64,000 bases of DNA, taken from NCBI GenBank assembly GCA_019636195.1, contig JAHBYA010000016.1, forward strand, positions 14,972-78,971, read 5' to 3'. Positions 39,095 to 47,896 of the stretch are shown in pieces (the stretch's first letter is position 1; every line of letters starts with the position of its first letter). A program made the translations under genes and the position numbers. Origin of the DNA: Planctomycetota bacterium. GTDB lineage: Bacteria; Planctomycetota; UBA8742; UBA2392. The notes beneath the pieces were generated by a model. It saw only the letters and a program-made list of their open reading frames with translations. It did no database searches and was not told where the DNA came from.

Positions 39095-39598
39095 GTGTCC
39101 AAGCGCCTGCTGAAATTCGTAGTCAATGGCCGCCAGGCCGAAGTTGCCGTTGAACCACACCACACGCTGGCCAGTGTGTTGCGCAACGAACTGAACCTGA
39201 CGGGCACAAAGGTCGGCTGCGACATGGGTACCTGCGGCTGCTGCACCGTGCACATTGACGGCAAAGCCAAACTCAGTTGCCTGACACTGGCCCTTGAATG
39301 CCAGGGCGCGCAGGTGCGCACAATTGAAGGCCTGAACGAGTACGAAATGCACCCGCTGCAAAGGGCCTTCGCCGAGTGCGGCGGCAGCCAGTGTGGCTAC
39401 TGCACGCCCGGCTTCATCATGAAAAGCTGCGAGCTGCTTGAGCAGAACCCCGACCCGTCACGGCAAGAGATCAAAGAGGCGCTGGCCGGCAACCTGTGCC
39501 GCTGCACGGGCTTCATGAAAATCTACGACGCCGTTGAGCAAGCCGCCGGCGAGCTGCGCAAGAAAAACACGCAACAGCCGGCCCCGGCTAAAGTCTAG
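39095..39598 (+). CDS. hcrC: Xanthine-oxidase-family 2x[2Fe-2S] subunit (HcrC-like)
   Basis: GTKVGCDMGTCGCCTV, QCGYCTPG, GNLCRCTG. Confidence 0.8.
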   Translation: MSKRLLKFVVNGRQAEVAVEPHHTLASVLRNELNLTGTKVGCDMGTCGCCTVHIDGKAKLSCLTLALECQGAQVRTIEGLNEYEMHPLQRAFAECGGSQCGYCTPGFIMKSCELLEQNPDPSRQEIKEALAGNLCRCTGFMKIYDAVEQAAGELRKKNTQQPAPAKV

Positions 39599-39613
39599 TT
39601 TCTGAAAGTGCGG

Positions 39614-39676
39614 TCTCTCGCAGAGGCGCAGAGCCGCTAAGAACTGCACTCTGCGCCTCTGTGCCTCCACGAGAGA
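39614..39676. repeat. Long intergenic inverted repeat
   Basis: CAGAGGCGCAGAG (39621-39633) pairs perfectly with CTCTGCGCCTCTG (39649-39661). Confidence 0.65.
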
Positions 39677-39692
39677 ATCAAGAAGGGATCAC

Positions 39693-42095
39693 ATGCCGAC
39701 GATATCCGGCTCAGGTGAGACGAAAAACGAGCACCAGCTCAACAAGGGCGTCTGGACCGACAACGGCCCGCCCGCGCAAGCGCCGTTCAACGTAATCGGC
39801 AAGCGCGTGCCTCTGAAAGACGCCTACCGCAAGGTCACCGGCGAAGGCGTCTATGCCGACGACATGAAGTTCCCCGGCATGTTGCACAGCCGCATTTTGC
39901 GCGCCACCCAGCCCCACGCCAGAATCCTGCGCATCGACACCAGCAAAGCCGAGGCCCTGCCCGGCGTGCGCGCCGTTGTCACCGGCGCCGACGCCGCCAA
40001 CCGCTTTGGCGTGCTGCCTGTCAGCCAGGACGAGTTGTCCATGGCCCGCGAGAAGGTGATTTACAACGGCGAGCCCGTGGCCGCCGTCGCAGCCGACACC
40101 GAAGAAATCGCCGAGCAGGCAATCTGGCTGATCGAGGTCGAGTACGAGCCGCTGGAAGCCTTTTTGAAGCCGCGCGACTCGCTGAAAGACGTCGCGCCCG
40201 AGCTGCAACTGCACGACAAGGTCGAAAAGAAGCACCCCAATACCAACATCCACAAGGCCGTGGACCAGGAATTCGGCGATGTTGAGGGCAGCTTCAAGGG
40301 CGCTGAATGCATCGTGAACGCCGAATTCAAGTTTGACGGCATCAGTCACGGCTTTACCGAGCCGCACGCCATTGTCGCCCACTGGGACGCCGACGACCGG
40401 TTGCAGCTTTACACGCCGCAGCAGGTCCCCCACTACACGCACCGGGCGCTGGCCAAAGTGCTTGAGCTCCCGATGCACCGCATTCAGGTCATCCGCACCA
40501 TGGTCGGCGGCGGCTTTGGCGGCAAGAGCGACCCCTTTCAGCACGAGATGATCGCCAGCCTGCTGAGCATGCGCACGCGCCGCCCGGTCAAGTTGACCAT
40601 GGACCGCGAGGAGACATTCCTTACGGGCCGCGGCCGCCACCCCACCGAGGGCAAGCTGGCCATGGCTTTCGACGCGCAGGGTAAGCTGCTGGCGCTCGAC
40701 AGCGACATCATTATCGACGGCGGCGCTTACGGCAGCTTTGGCGTGGTCAGCGCCTACTACAACGGCGTGCTGAGCAACGGGCCCTACGCGATACCGGCTT
40801 TCCGTTATCACGGCAAGCGCGTGTACAGCAACCGCATACCCAGCGGCGCCATGCGCGGCCACGGCAGCGTAAACCCGCGCTACTGCACGGAAACGTTGAT
40901 CGACATGGCGGCTGTGAAGCTGGGGCTGGACCCGTGCGACATTCGCCTGCGCAACTTCATGCCCAGCAACACGCTCACGCCGTATCACAAGTTCCGCATC
41001 ACCAGCAACGGCATCCGCGAAGGTTTGGCTGAAGCCATGCGGCGCAGCGACTGGAAAAGCAAGTGGGGCAAGCTGCCCTACGGCCACGGCATCGGCGTAG
41101 GCTGCGCGTGGTACATCAGCGGCAGCGCGTTGCCGATTCACTGGAACAAGCTGCCCCAAAGCACCGTGCACCTGAAGATCGACATGGACGGCGGCGTGAC
41201 TGTGCACAGCCTTGCCGCCGACATCGGCCAGGGCAGCGACACCATGCTGGCGCAGTGCGTCGCGGAAGTCATCGGGTGCAGCCTTGAGCGCGTACATGTA
41301 AAGAGCGCCACGACCGACACCGCGCCGATTGACCTTGGCAGTTACAGCTCGCGCGTGACGTTCATGGCCGGCAACGCCGCCCGCAAAGCCGCCGAAGAAA
41401 TCCGCGCGAAGCTTGCGTCCGCGGCCAGCAAGCTCACGGGCCAGCCGGCGCAATATTTCGACCTTGTAAATGAAGAAGTGATCTGCCGGACCAAGCCCGA
41501 CGTGCGCGTCACCTTTATGGAAGCGCTGCACGAAGCCCAGGCCGACGTGGGCGCGCTGGTCGCCAGCGGCAGCTATCAAAGCCCGCCGCTGGGTACACAG
41601 TTCAAGGGCAGCAACGCGGGCTTGAGCCCCAGCTACAGCTTCAGCGCGTTCATCTGCGAGTTGAAGGTTGACCCGGAAACCGGCTTTGTCCAGCCGATCA
41701 AAATCTGGGCCGCGCACGATTGCGGGCGCGCATTGAACCCGCTGTCGGTTGAGGGCCAGATTGAAGGCAGCGTGCACATGGGGCTTGGCCAGGCATTGAC
41801 CGAGCAATTGCGTTATCGCGGCGGGCAACTGCTTAATGGGAACTTCCTGGACTACAAGATTCCCACGCCCTTCGACACGCCGGAGATTGAGGTGATCATC
41901 GTCGAGTCAGCGGACCCCGAAGGTCCCTTCGGCGCAAAGGAGTGCGGCGAAGGCGCACTGGCGCCGATTATCCCGGCTGTGGGCAACGCCATCTACGACG
42001 CGGTAGGCGTGCGAATGTTCGAAGTACCCATGACCCCCGACCGTGTACTGAAGGCCATCGAAGCCAAAAAACGCGCCGAAGCAAAGGGCGAGTGA
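39693..42095 (+). CDS. hcrA: Molybdopterin-binding subunit, 4-hydroxybenzoyl-CoA reductase alpha-like
   Basis: VGGGFGGK, AMRGHG, ADIGQGS, GSYSSRVTFMAGNA, GPFGAKECGE. Confidence 0.75.
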   Translation: MPTISGSGETKNEHQLNKGVWTDNGPPAQAPFNVIGKRVPLKDAYRKVTGEGVYADDMKFPGMLHSRILRATQPHARILRIDTSKAEALPGVRAVVTGADAANRFGVLPVSQDELSMAREKVIYNGEPVAAVAADTEEIAEQAIWLIEVEYEPLEAFLKPRDSLKDVAPELQLHDKVEKKHPNTNIHKAVDQEFGDVEGSFKGAECIVNAEFKFDGISHGFTEPHAIVAHWDADDRLQLYTPQQVPHYTHRALAKVLELPMHRIQVIRTMVGGGFGGKSDPFQHEMIASLLSMRTRRPVKLTMDREETFLTGRGRHPTEGKLAMAFDAQGKLLALDSDIIIDGGAYGSFGVVSAYYNGVLSNGPYAIPAFRYHGKRVYSNRIPSGAMRGHGSVNPRYCTETLIDMAAVKLGLDPCDIRLRNFMPSNTLTPYHKFRITSNGIREGLAEAMRRSDWKSKWGKLPYGHGIGVGCAWYISGSALPIHWNKLPQSTVHLKIDMDGGVTVHSLAADIGQGSDTMLAQCVAEVIGCSLERVHVKSATTDTAPIDLGSYSSRVTFMAGNAARKAAEEIRAKLASAASKLTGQPAQYFDLVNEEVICRTKPDVRVTFMEALHEAQADVGALVASGSYQSPPLGTQFKGSNAGLSPSYSFSAFICELKVDPETGFVQPIKIWAAHDCGRALNPLSVEGQIEGSVHMGLGQALTEQLRYRGGQLLNGNFLDYKIPTPFDTPEIEVIIVESADPEGPFGAKECGEGALAPIIPAVGNAIYDAVGVRMFEVPMTPDRVLKAIEAKKRAEAKGE

Positions 42096-42118
42096 CTGCG
42101 AAGTTCAAGGACTGAATC

Positions 42119-43192
42119 ATGACGATGTTGCTTCCGAGGTTTGAACTTCACCAGCCGGCTACTTTGGCTGAGGCTGCGGCATTGGCCAAGATACATGCCG
42201 GGGATTGCGATTTTCTGTCCGGCGGCACGGACTTGCTGCCCAATTACAAGTGCGGCTTGAACGCACACGGCCACGTCATCAGCTTGCAGCATATCGCTGA
42301 GCTGAAGCAGATCGGCCGCGACAGCAAAGGCGCCTTCACTATCGGCGCTGGCGTGACACTGGCCGAAATTGAACGCAACACCGAAGTCCCGCGCGGATTG
42401 GCTGACTGCGCCGCGCACGTTGCTTCGCCGCTGCTGCGCGCTTCGGGCACCCTTGGCGGCAACCTGATGCTCGACAACCGCTGCCACTTCTTCAACCAGA
42501 GTTACTTCTGGCGTCGCTCGCTGGGTTACTGCCTCAAAGCCGACGGAGACCGCTGCCACGTGGTGCCCCAGATCAACGAGGGCGGCAAAAGCGTGCTCAA
42601 CAACAAGGTATGCGTTGCCACCCACAGCAGCGACCTTGCGCCCATGCTGATCGCCCTTGGCGCTGAAGCAACGTTCGTCGGCCCTGACGGCAAGCGCACG
42701 ATCAAGCTCAATGACTTCTACTGGGGCGACGGCATTGCGCGCTTTGACCGCAAGCCCGGCGAGATTCTGTCGCACGTCACACTGCCGCCGTGGGCGTTCA
42801 ATGTCCGCAGTGGCTGGAAAAAGCTGGCCCCGCGCCAGAGCATTGACTTCAGTGTCGTCGGCGTGGCGGCGGTGCTTGAACTTGACGGCGACAAGGTAAA
42901 GACGCTGCGCGTGGCCTTGGGTGCCGTGGACACTACGCCGGTGCTGTTTGATTTTTCGCAGCAGGAAAAGCGCCGCGAACCGGGGCACTACCTGTTTGTC
43001 GATGCCTACAAGAACATGCCCGAAGCAGTCGGCAAGAAGCTCGACGACGCATTGATTGAAACCATCGCCAAACACGTGCAGACCCAGGCCCAGCCGAAGC
43101 TGAACGTGCCCATGGCCCCCGACTACCGCAAAAAGATGTGCGGAGTGCTAACGCGCCGCCTGTTGACTGAACTGCGCGGTGGCGGCAAGTGA
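42119..43192 (+). CDS. hcrB: FAD- and [4Fe-4S]-binding subunit, 4-hydroxybenzoyl-CoA reductase beta-like
   Basis: GGTDLLPN, GTLGGN, RCHFFNQSYFWRRSLGYCLKADGDRCHV...C four-Cys insertion, RQSIDF. Confidence 0.8.
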   Translation: MTMLLPRFELHQPATLAEAAALAKIHAGDCDFLSGGTDLLPNYKCGLNAHGHVISLQHIAELKQIGRDSKGAFTIGAGVTLAEIERNTEVPRGLADCAAHVASPLLRASGTLGGNLMLDNRCHFFNQSYFWRRSLGYCLKADGDRCHVVPQINEGGKSVLNNKVCVATHSSDLAPMLIALGAEATFVGPDGKRTIKLNDFYWGDGIARFDRKPGEILSHVTLPPWAFNVRSGWKKLAPRQSIDFSVVGVAAVLELDGDKVKTLRVALGAVDTTPVLFDFSQQEKRREPGHYLFVDAYKNMPEAVGKKLDDALIETIAKHVQTQAQPKLNVPMAPDYRKKMCGVLTRRLLTELRGGGK

Positions 43193-43262
43193 TCAGTTCG
43201 GCAGCGCGTCCTTCACGTCGTGGGCCAAGGTGACGCCCGCGTCGCGCGGATTCTAATGTTAC

Positions 43263-43563
43263 CTACCCGTACACCGCGCGCTGACCGTCAATCAGGCCGC
43301 TGTCAAGTTCACGCAGGCTTGTGCGGCCGCTTTTGGGCACGCCCTTGGGCGAAACCGAGTACAGCCGCACTTCGTCGCTGCCGCGCAGAAACTCCATGTG
43401 TTCCGGCAGCAGCCGCCGGGTTCCGGCCGGCAGTGCATCAAGCGCAGGCTCATTCGACTTGGCTGAGTTGACACGGGCGTCCGGGCAATGTGTTGGCCGG
43501 GGCATTGCCACCGCAAGCAACCACAAGCGCAGAAAGCCAGGTCAAAGTGAATGCGCGGTACAT
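43263..43563 (-). pseudogene. Probable frameshifted lipoprotein gene remnant
   Basis: ATG 43563 gives MYRAFTLTWLSALVVACGG (lipobox) but stops after 37 codons; a coding-like continuation lies in another frame (ORF 43263..43526). Confidence 0.4.
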
Positions 43564-43639
43564 GGGTGCCTTGTACACCGGTCGCATTGGCCCGTCTGCC
43601 CCCGGTTTCCACGCCTGATTGTCGCGCTATAAGGCCCCC

Positions 43640-44707
43640 ATGCCTGAGCCACTGAAACTTGCCGACATCAAGCTGCGCATGCAGGCCTATGGCGTGAAGC
43701 CTTCCAAGCGTCTTGGGCAGAACTTTCTGGCCGACTTCAACCTTCTGCGCGCCATTGTCGCCGACGCCGAAGTCGGGCCCGGCGACTGTGTGCTTGAAAT
43801 CGGCACCGGCGCGGGCTCATTGACCGGTTTGCTGTGCGATGCCGCCGGTCTTGTCATCAGCGTTGAAGTTGACCGCGGGATGTTTGAGCTTTCGCGCGAC
43901 ATACTCAGCGGCACCGACAACCTGATCCAGGTGCGCTGCGACGCCCTGAACTCAGATGGCCGCGGCTTGAACCCGGCGCTGGTTGATCTTGTCGCCGGCA
44001 GGATTGCCGGTGCCACCGTCGCGGACGACTTTGAAGTTGTTGATCATCGCCATACGAGCAAGCTTGACCCAAATGGGGACAGTCCCCTTCGGGGACTGTC
44101 CCCGGCGTTGAAACTGGTTGCGAACCTGCCCTACTCGGTGGCGACTTCGCTGATCATTGCCGCTTTAGAGTCCGGCCTGCCCTTTGATCGCATGCTGGTC
44201 ATGGTGCAGCACGAGGTCGGCGAAAAAATCGCCGCCCGCCCCGGCGACCGTGAGTGGGGCATGCCGGCGTTGTTGCGCAGCCAGTTCGCGGACGCGCGCA
44301 TGAAGCGCAAAGTGCCCGCGGCTGTGTTCTGGCCGCGGCCGAAGGTTGACTCGGCGTTGGTTGAGCTTCGACCGACCGCGCGCCCTGACATGGCTGCCTA
44401 CCACCGCCTGCGGCGGCTGGCCCATGTGCTGTTTCAGCATCGTCGCAAGTCCGCGGCCAACTCGCTGGCCAAGGCATTGGGCGTGCCCAACAGCCAGGCC
44501 GCCGTGTGGATCACGGCCTGCGGGGGCGATCCCAGCCACCGCGCCGAGCAGCTGGACCCGGCGGTGCTCCAAAGGTTGGCCGATCATCGTGAGATAGAGC
44601 CACAGGTGCGCATGGCGATGCAGGAGCACGAAAGCCAGCTGTCGGCCAAGGCCGACAAGAAGGCCCGCCGCAAGGCCTGGCAGTCGCGCGTATACGGCGA
44701 CGAGTGA
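43640..44707 (+). CDS. rsmA: 16S rRNA m6,2A dimethyltransferase
   Basis: KRLGQNFL, LEIGTGAGSLT, VANLPYS, MVQHEV, FWPRPKVDSA, FQHRRK. Confidence 0.92.
   Translation: MPEPLKLADIKLRMQAYGVKPSKRLGQNFLADFNLLRAIVADAEVGPGDCVLEIGTGAGSLTGLLCDAAGLVISVEVDRGMFELSRDILSGTDNLIQVRCDALNSDGRGLNPALVDLVAGRIAGATVADDFEVVDHRHTSKLDPNGDSPLRGLSPALKLVANLPYSVATSLIIAALESGLPFDRMLVMVQHEVGEKIAARPGDREWGMPALLRSQFADARMKRKVPAAVFWPRPKVDSALVELRPTARPDMAAYHRLRRLAHVLFQHRRKSAANSLAKALGVPNSQAAVWITACGGDPSHRAEQLDPAVLQRLADHREIEPQVRMAMQEHESQLSAKADKKARRKAWQSRVYGDE
44075..44103. repeat. Perfect palindrome inside rsmA
   Basis: GGGGACAGTCCCC-TTC-GGGGACTGTCCCC. Confidence 0.8.
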
Positions 44708-44806
44708 TCTGCCCATTGCCCTTGGACAACGCACAACTTGCTTGCTACAACCCCTGCGCAATTTCCGCACAGTCAGGCACTTGTGTCGTTTCGCACAGAG
44801 GCAGAC

Positions 44807-46093
44807 ATGGTTTCGGTTTTCATTCCGAGAGAGACCGCGCAGGGCGAAAACCGCGTCGCCGCTACGCCAGACACCGTCAAGGCCATGGTCAAGCGCGGCG
44901 TCAAGGTCGCCATCGAAGCCGGCGCGGGCAAGGGCAGCCACTACTCCGACGACGACTACAAGGCCCAGGGCGCTGAGATTGAACCCGAGCGCGACAAGGG
45001 CCTCGCCAACGCAGACATCGTCTTCCACATCAACGTGCCCGAGCCGGAACTGATCCAGGCCATGCGCGAAGGCGCAAGCCTGATCAGCTTTTTGTGGTCG
45101 TTTGAACACCTTGATCTCGTCAAGGCCCTGAACGAGCGCAAAATCAGTATGTTCGCCATGGACGCGATTCCGCGCACCACCCGCGCCCAGAAGGACGACG
45201 CCCTGTCCAGCCAGGCCAACCTGGCGGGCTACAAAGCCGTGATCGTGGCCGCCAACGCGCTGCACAAGATTCTGCCGATGATGATGACGCCCTCCGGCAC
45301 GATCAAGCCGAGCCGCTTCGTGATTATCGGAGTGGGCGTTGCCGGCTTGCAGGCCATCGCCACGGCCAAGCGCCTTGGCGCGATTGTTGAAGCCACCGAC
45401 CCGCGCCTCGAAACCAAAGAGCAGGCCGAGTCACTGGGCGCCAAGTTCCTGCAGGTCGAAGGCGTCGAGGTCAAGCAGGGCACCGGCGGCTACGCGGCTG
45501 AACAGACCGAAGAATACAAGAAGGCGCAGGCCGAGATGCTGGCCAAGGCGTTCAAGAACGCCGACGCGATCATCACGACCGCGCTGATCCCCTACCGCCC
45601 GGCGCCCAAGACGATCACGGCGGATCACGTGAAGTCGATGAAGCCCGGCAGCGTGATCGTGGACCTGGCCGCCGAGCGCGGCGGCAACTGCGAACTGACT
45701 GAGCCCGGCAAGACCGTCGTCAGGGAAGGCGTGACGATCATCGGCGATTTGAACTGGCCCAGCACGGTCAGCGTGAATGCCAGCGACATGTTTGCGCGCA
45801 ACGTGCTGAACATCCTGCTGGACGGCCTGAGCAAGCAGGGCGAGTTCAAGTGGACGTACGACGACGACATCGTGGACGGCGCCATGATCTGCCACGAGGG
45901 CGAAGTTCACCACCCCAAGGTCCGCGAGCTGATGGGCCTGCCACCGCTCAAGAAGCCTGAGCCCGCGCCCGCAGAAGAGAAGAAACCGGAGCCTGCGGCC
46001 GCAAGCCCGGCAGCAGCCCCGGCTGAACAAAAGCCCGCGGAAGGCGACAGCGGGTACGACAAGAAGCCCGACGGCTACGAGAAGAAGGAATAG
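44807..46093 (+). CDS. pntAA: NAD(P) transhydrogenase alpha subunit part 1
   Basis: ENRVAATP, SSQANLAGYKAV, GVGVAGLQAI, GGYA, VDLAAERGGNC. Confidence 0.93.
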   Translation: MVSVFIPRETAQGENRVAATPDTVKAMVKRGVKVAIEAGAGKGSHYSDDDYKAQGAEIEPERDKGLANADIVFHINVPEPELIQAMREGASLISFLWSFEHLDLVKALNERKISMFAMDAIPRTTRAQKDDALSSQANLAGYKAVIVAANALHKILPMMMTPSGTIKPSRFVIIGVGVAGLQAIATAKRLGAIVEATDPRLETKEQAESLGAKFLQVEGVEVKQGTGGYAAEQTEEYKKAQAEMLAKAFKNADAIITTALIPYRPAPKTITADHVKSMKPGSVIVDLAAERGGNCELTEPGKTVVREGVTIIGDLNWPSTVSVNASDMFARNVLNILLDGLSKQGEFKWTYDDDIVDGAMICHEGEVHHPKVRELMGLPPLKKPEPAPAEEKKPEPAAASPAAAPAEQKPAEGDSGYDKKPDGYEKKE

Positions 46094-46095
46094 CC

Positions 46096-46380
46096 ATGAC
46101 CGGCGAAGTGATCATTGCCTTTTACACGTTCGTGCTGGCGTGCGTTGCGGGGTTTCAGCTGATCTCAAAGGTGCCGCCTACGCTGCACACGCCGCTGATG
46201 TCCGGTGCCAACGCCATCTCGGGCATCACAATCCTTGGCGCGATCGCCATGGCCGGCGGCACGGGCGGCTTTGCCGCGCACATCATCGGCATGCTGGCCG
46301 TGCTGTTTGCCACCGTCAACGTGGTTGGCGGGTTCATGGTCACTGAGCGCATGCTCAAGATGTTCGGGTCCAGGAAGTAG
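46096..46380 (+). CDS. pntAB: NAD(P) transhydrogenase alpha subunit part 2
   Basis: VPPTLHTPLMSGANAISG, NVVGGFMVTERMLKMF. Confidence 0.93.
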   Translation: MTGEVIIAFYTFVLACVAGFQLISKVPPTLHTPLMSGANAISGITILGAIAMAGGTGGFAAHIIGMLAVLFATVNVVGGFMVTERMLKMFGSRK

Positions 46381-46395
46381 CCGGGGAGAGACACT

Positions 46396-47838
46396 GTGCT
46401 AGGCGCCGCAAATCTACCGCTGAATGAGCTGCTGGCCCACTTCGGCTACATCGTGTCCATCCTGATGTTCATGGTGGGCATCATGCTGATGGGCCGCGTC
46501 AAGACCGCCAAGAACGGCAACCGCCTGGCTGCGGGCGCCATGTTGCTGGCTGTGATCGCGCAGCTGGTGCAGATGAAGACCATCGACCCGGTCTGGATCG
46601 TGGTCGGCCTTGTAGTCGGCGCGCTGATCGGTGCGGTCGCCAGCATCCGCGTGCAGATGACCCAGATGCCCGAAATGGTTGCCCTGTTCAACGGCAGCGG
46701 CGGCCTTGCGTCACTGTTGGTGGCTGTGGCCGCCTATGCTTACGGCGGCATTCCCAGCCAGCCCCTTGCCGGCGCCACGATTGCGGGCTCGCGCGGCGAC
46801 GTGAACGGACTTGCGGTAATGCTTTCGATCCTCATCGGCGGCGTGACGTTCACGGGCAGCATCATCGCGTTTCTCAAGCTGGCAGAAAAGATGTCCGGCA
46901 AGCCGATCCTGCTGCCGGGCCGCCACGCCGTGAACATACTGCTGGCTGTGCTGGTGGCTGTGTTCATTGCGCTAGGCGTGTGGGTGCTGGGCGGCGGCGT
47001 GGGCCTTGCGCTGCTGGTGCTGGTGATCCTGCTTTCGTTCATCATGGGCATTACGCTGGTGATCCCGATCGGCGGCGGCGACATGCCGGTCGTGATTTCG
47101 CTGCTGAACAGCTACAGCGGCGTGGCTGCAGCCATGGCCGGGTTTGCACTGGGCAGCCACGTGCTGATTGTGTCCGGCAGCCTGGTTGGCGCGGCAGGCT
47201 TGATCTTGACCCAAATCATGTGCAAAGCCATGAACCGCAGCCTTGCCAACGTCGTGTTCGGCGGCTTCGGCGCCGAGGCGGCCACCGGCGGCGGCGGCGA
47301 ATACAAAAACGTCAAGTCCGCCGACGCCGAGACGGCGGCCATGGTGATGGCCGACGCCCAAAGCATCATCATTGTGCCCGGCTACGGCATGGCGGTCAGC
47401 CAGGCGCAGCACGCCGTGCGCGAGCTTGCCAAGCTGCTTGAGGCCAAGGGCGCCAGCATCCGTTATGCGATTCACCCGGTCGCGGGCCGCATGCCCGGCC
47501 ACATGAACGTGCTGCTGGCCGAGGCCAACGTGCCCTACGAGCAATTGTTTGAGATGGACCAGATTAACGAAGAGTTCAAGTCCACCGATGTCGTGCTGGT
47601 GATCGGCGCGAACGACACTGTCAACCCGGCTGCCAAGACCGACAAGACCAGCCCGCTCTACGGCATGCCGGTCATGAATGTCGAGGAAGCCAAGACGGTG
47701 TTCACGATGAAACGCAGCCTCGGCGGCGGTTTCGCACAGGTCAAGAACACACTGTTCGAGTGCCCCAACAACTTCATGATTTACGGCGACGCCCGCAAGA
47801 CGCTCGAGGAAATCGCCAAAGCCGTCAAGGAAGGATAG
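46396..47838 (+). CDS. pntB: NAD(P) transhydrogenase beta subunit
   Basis: MTQMPEMVA, IGGGDMPVVISLLNSYSG, HPVAGRMPGHMNVLLAE. Confidence 0.95.
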   Translation: MLGAANLPLNELLAHFGYIVSILMFMVGIMLMGRVKTAKNGNRLAAGAMLLAVIAQLVQMKTIDPVWIVVGLVVGALIGAVASIRVQMTQMPEMVALFNGSGGLASLLVAVAAYAYGGIPSQPLAGATIAGSRGDVNGLAVMLSILIGGVTFTGSIIAFLKLAEKMSGKPILLPGRHAVNILLAVLVAVFIALGVWVLGGGVGLALLVLVILLSFIMGITLVIPIGGGDMPVVISLLNSYSGVAAAMAGFALGSHVLIVSGSLVGAAGLILTQIMCKAMNRSLANVVFGGFGAEAATGGGGEYKNVKSADAETAAMVMADAQSIIIVPGYGMAVSQAQHAVRELAKLLEAKGASIRYAIHPVAGRMPGHMNVLLAEANVPYEQLFEMDQINEEFKSTDVVLVIGANDTVNPAAKTDKTSPLYGMPVMNVEEAKTVFTMKRSLGGGFAQVKNTLFECPNNFMIYGDARKTLEEIAKAVKEG

Positions 47839-47852
47839 CCGCACAAGCAGAC

Positions 47853-47880
47853 AAAGCCCCGGCCACTGCGCCGGGGCTTT
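47853..47880. terminator. Bidirectional terminator-like hairpin
   Basis: AAAGCCCCGG...CCGGGGCTTT between convergent genes. Confidence 0.75.
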
Positions 47881-47896
47881 GCTTTGAAGCGGGGGG

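Noticed and set aside
43438-43452. TGA codons after the short lipoprotein ORF as Sec
   Set aside because: The read-through frame looks non-coding and hits further stops; a frameshift explains it better.
8754-47880. AAAGCCCCGG...CCGGGGCTT hairpins (8754, 26665, 35082, 47853) as a mobile repeat family
   Set aside because: All sit right after stop codons with U tracts and have different loops; ordinary intrinsic terminators suffice.
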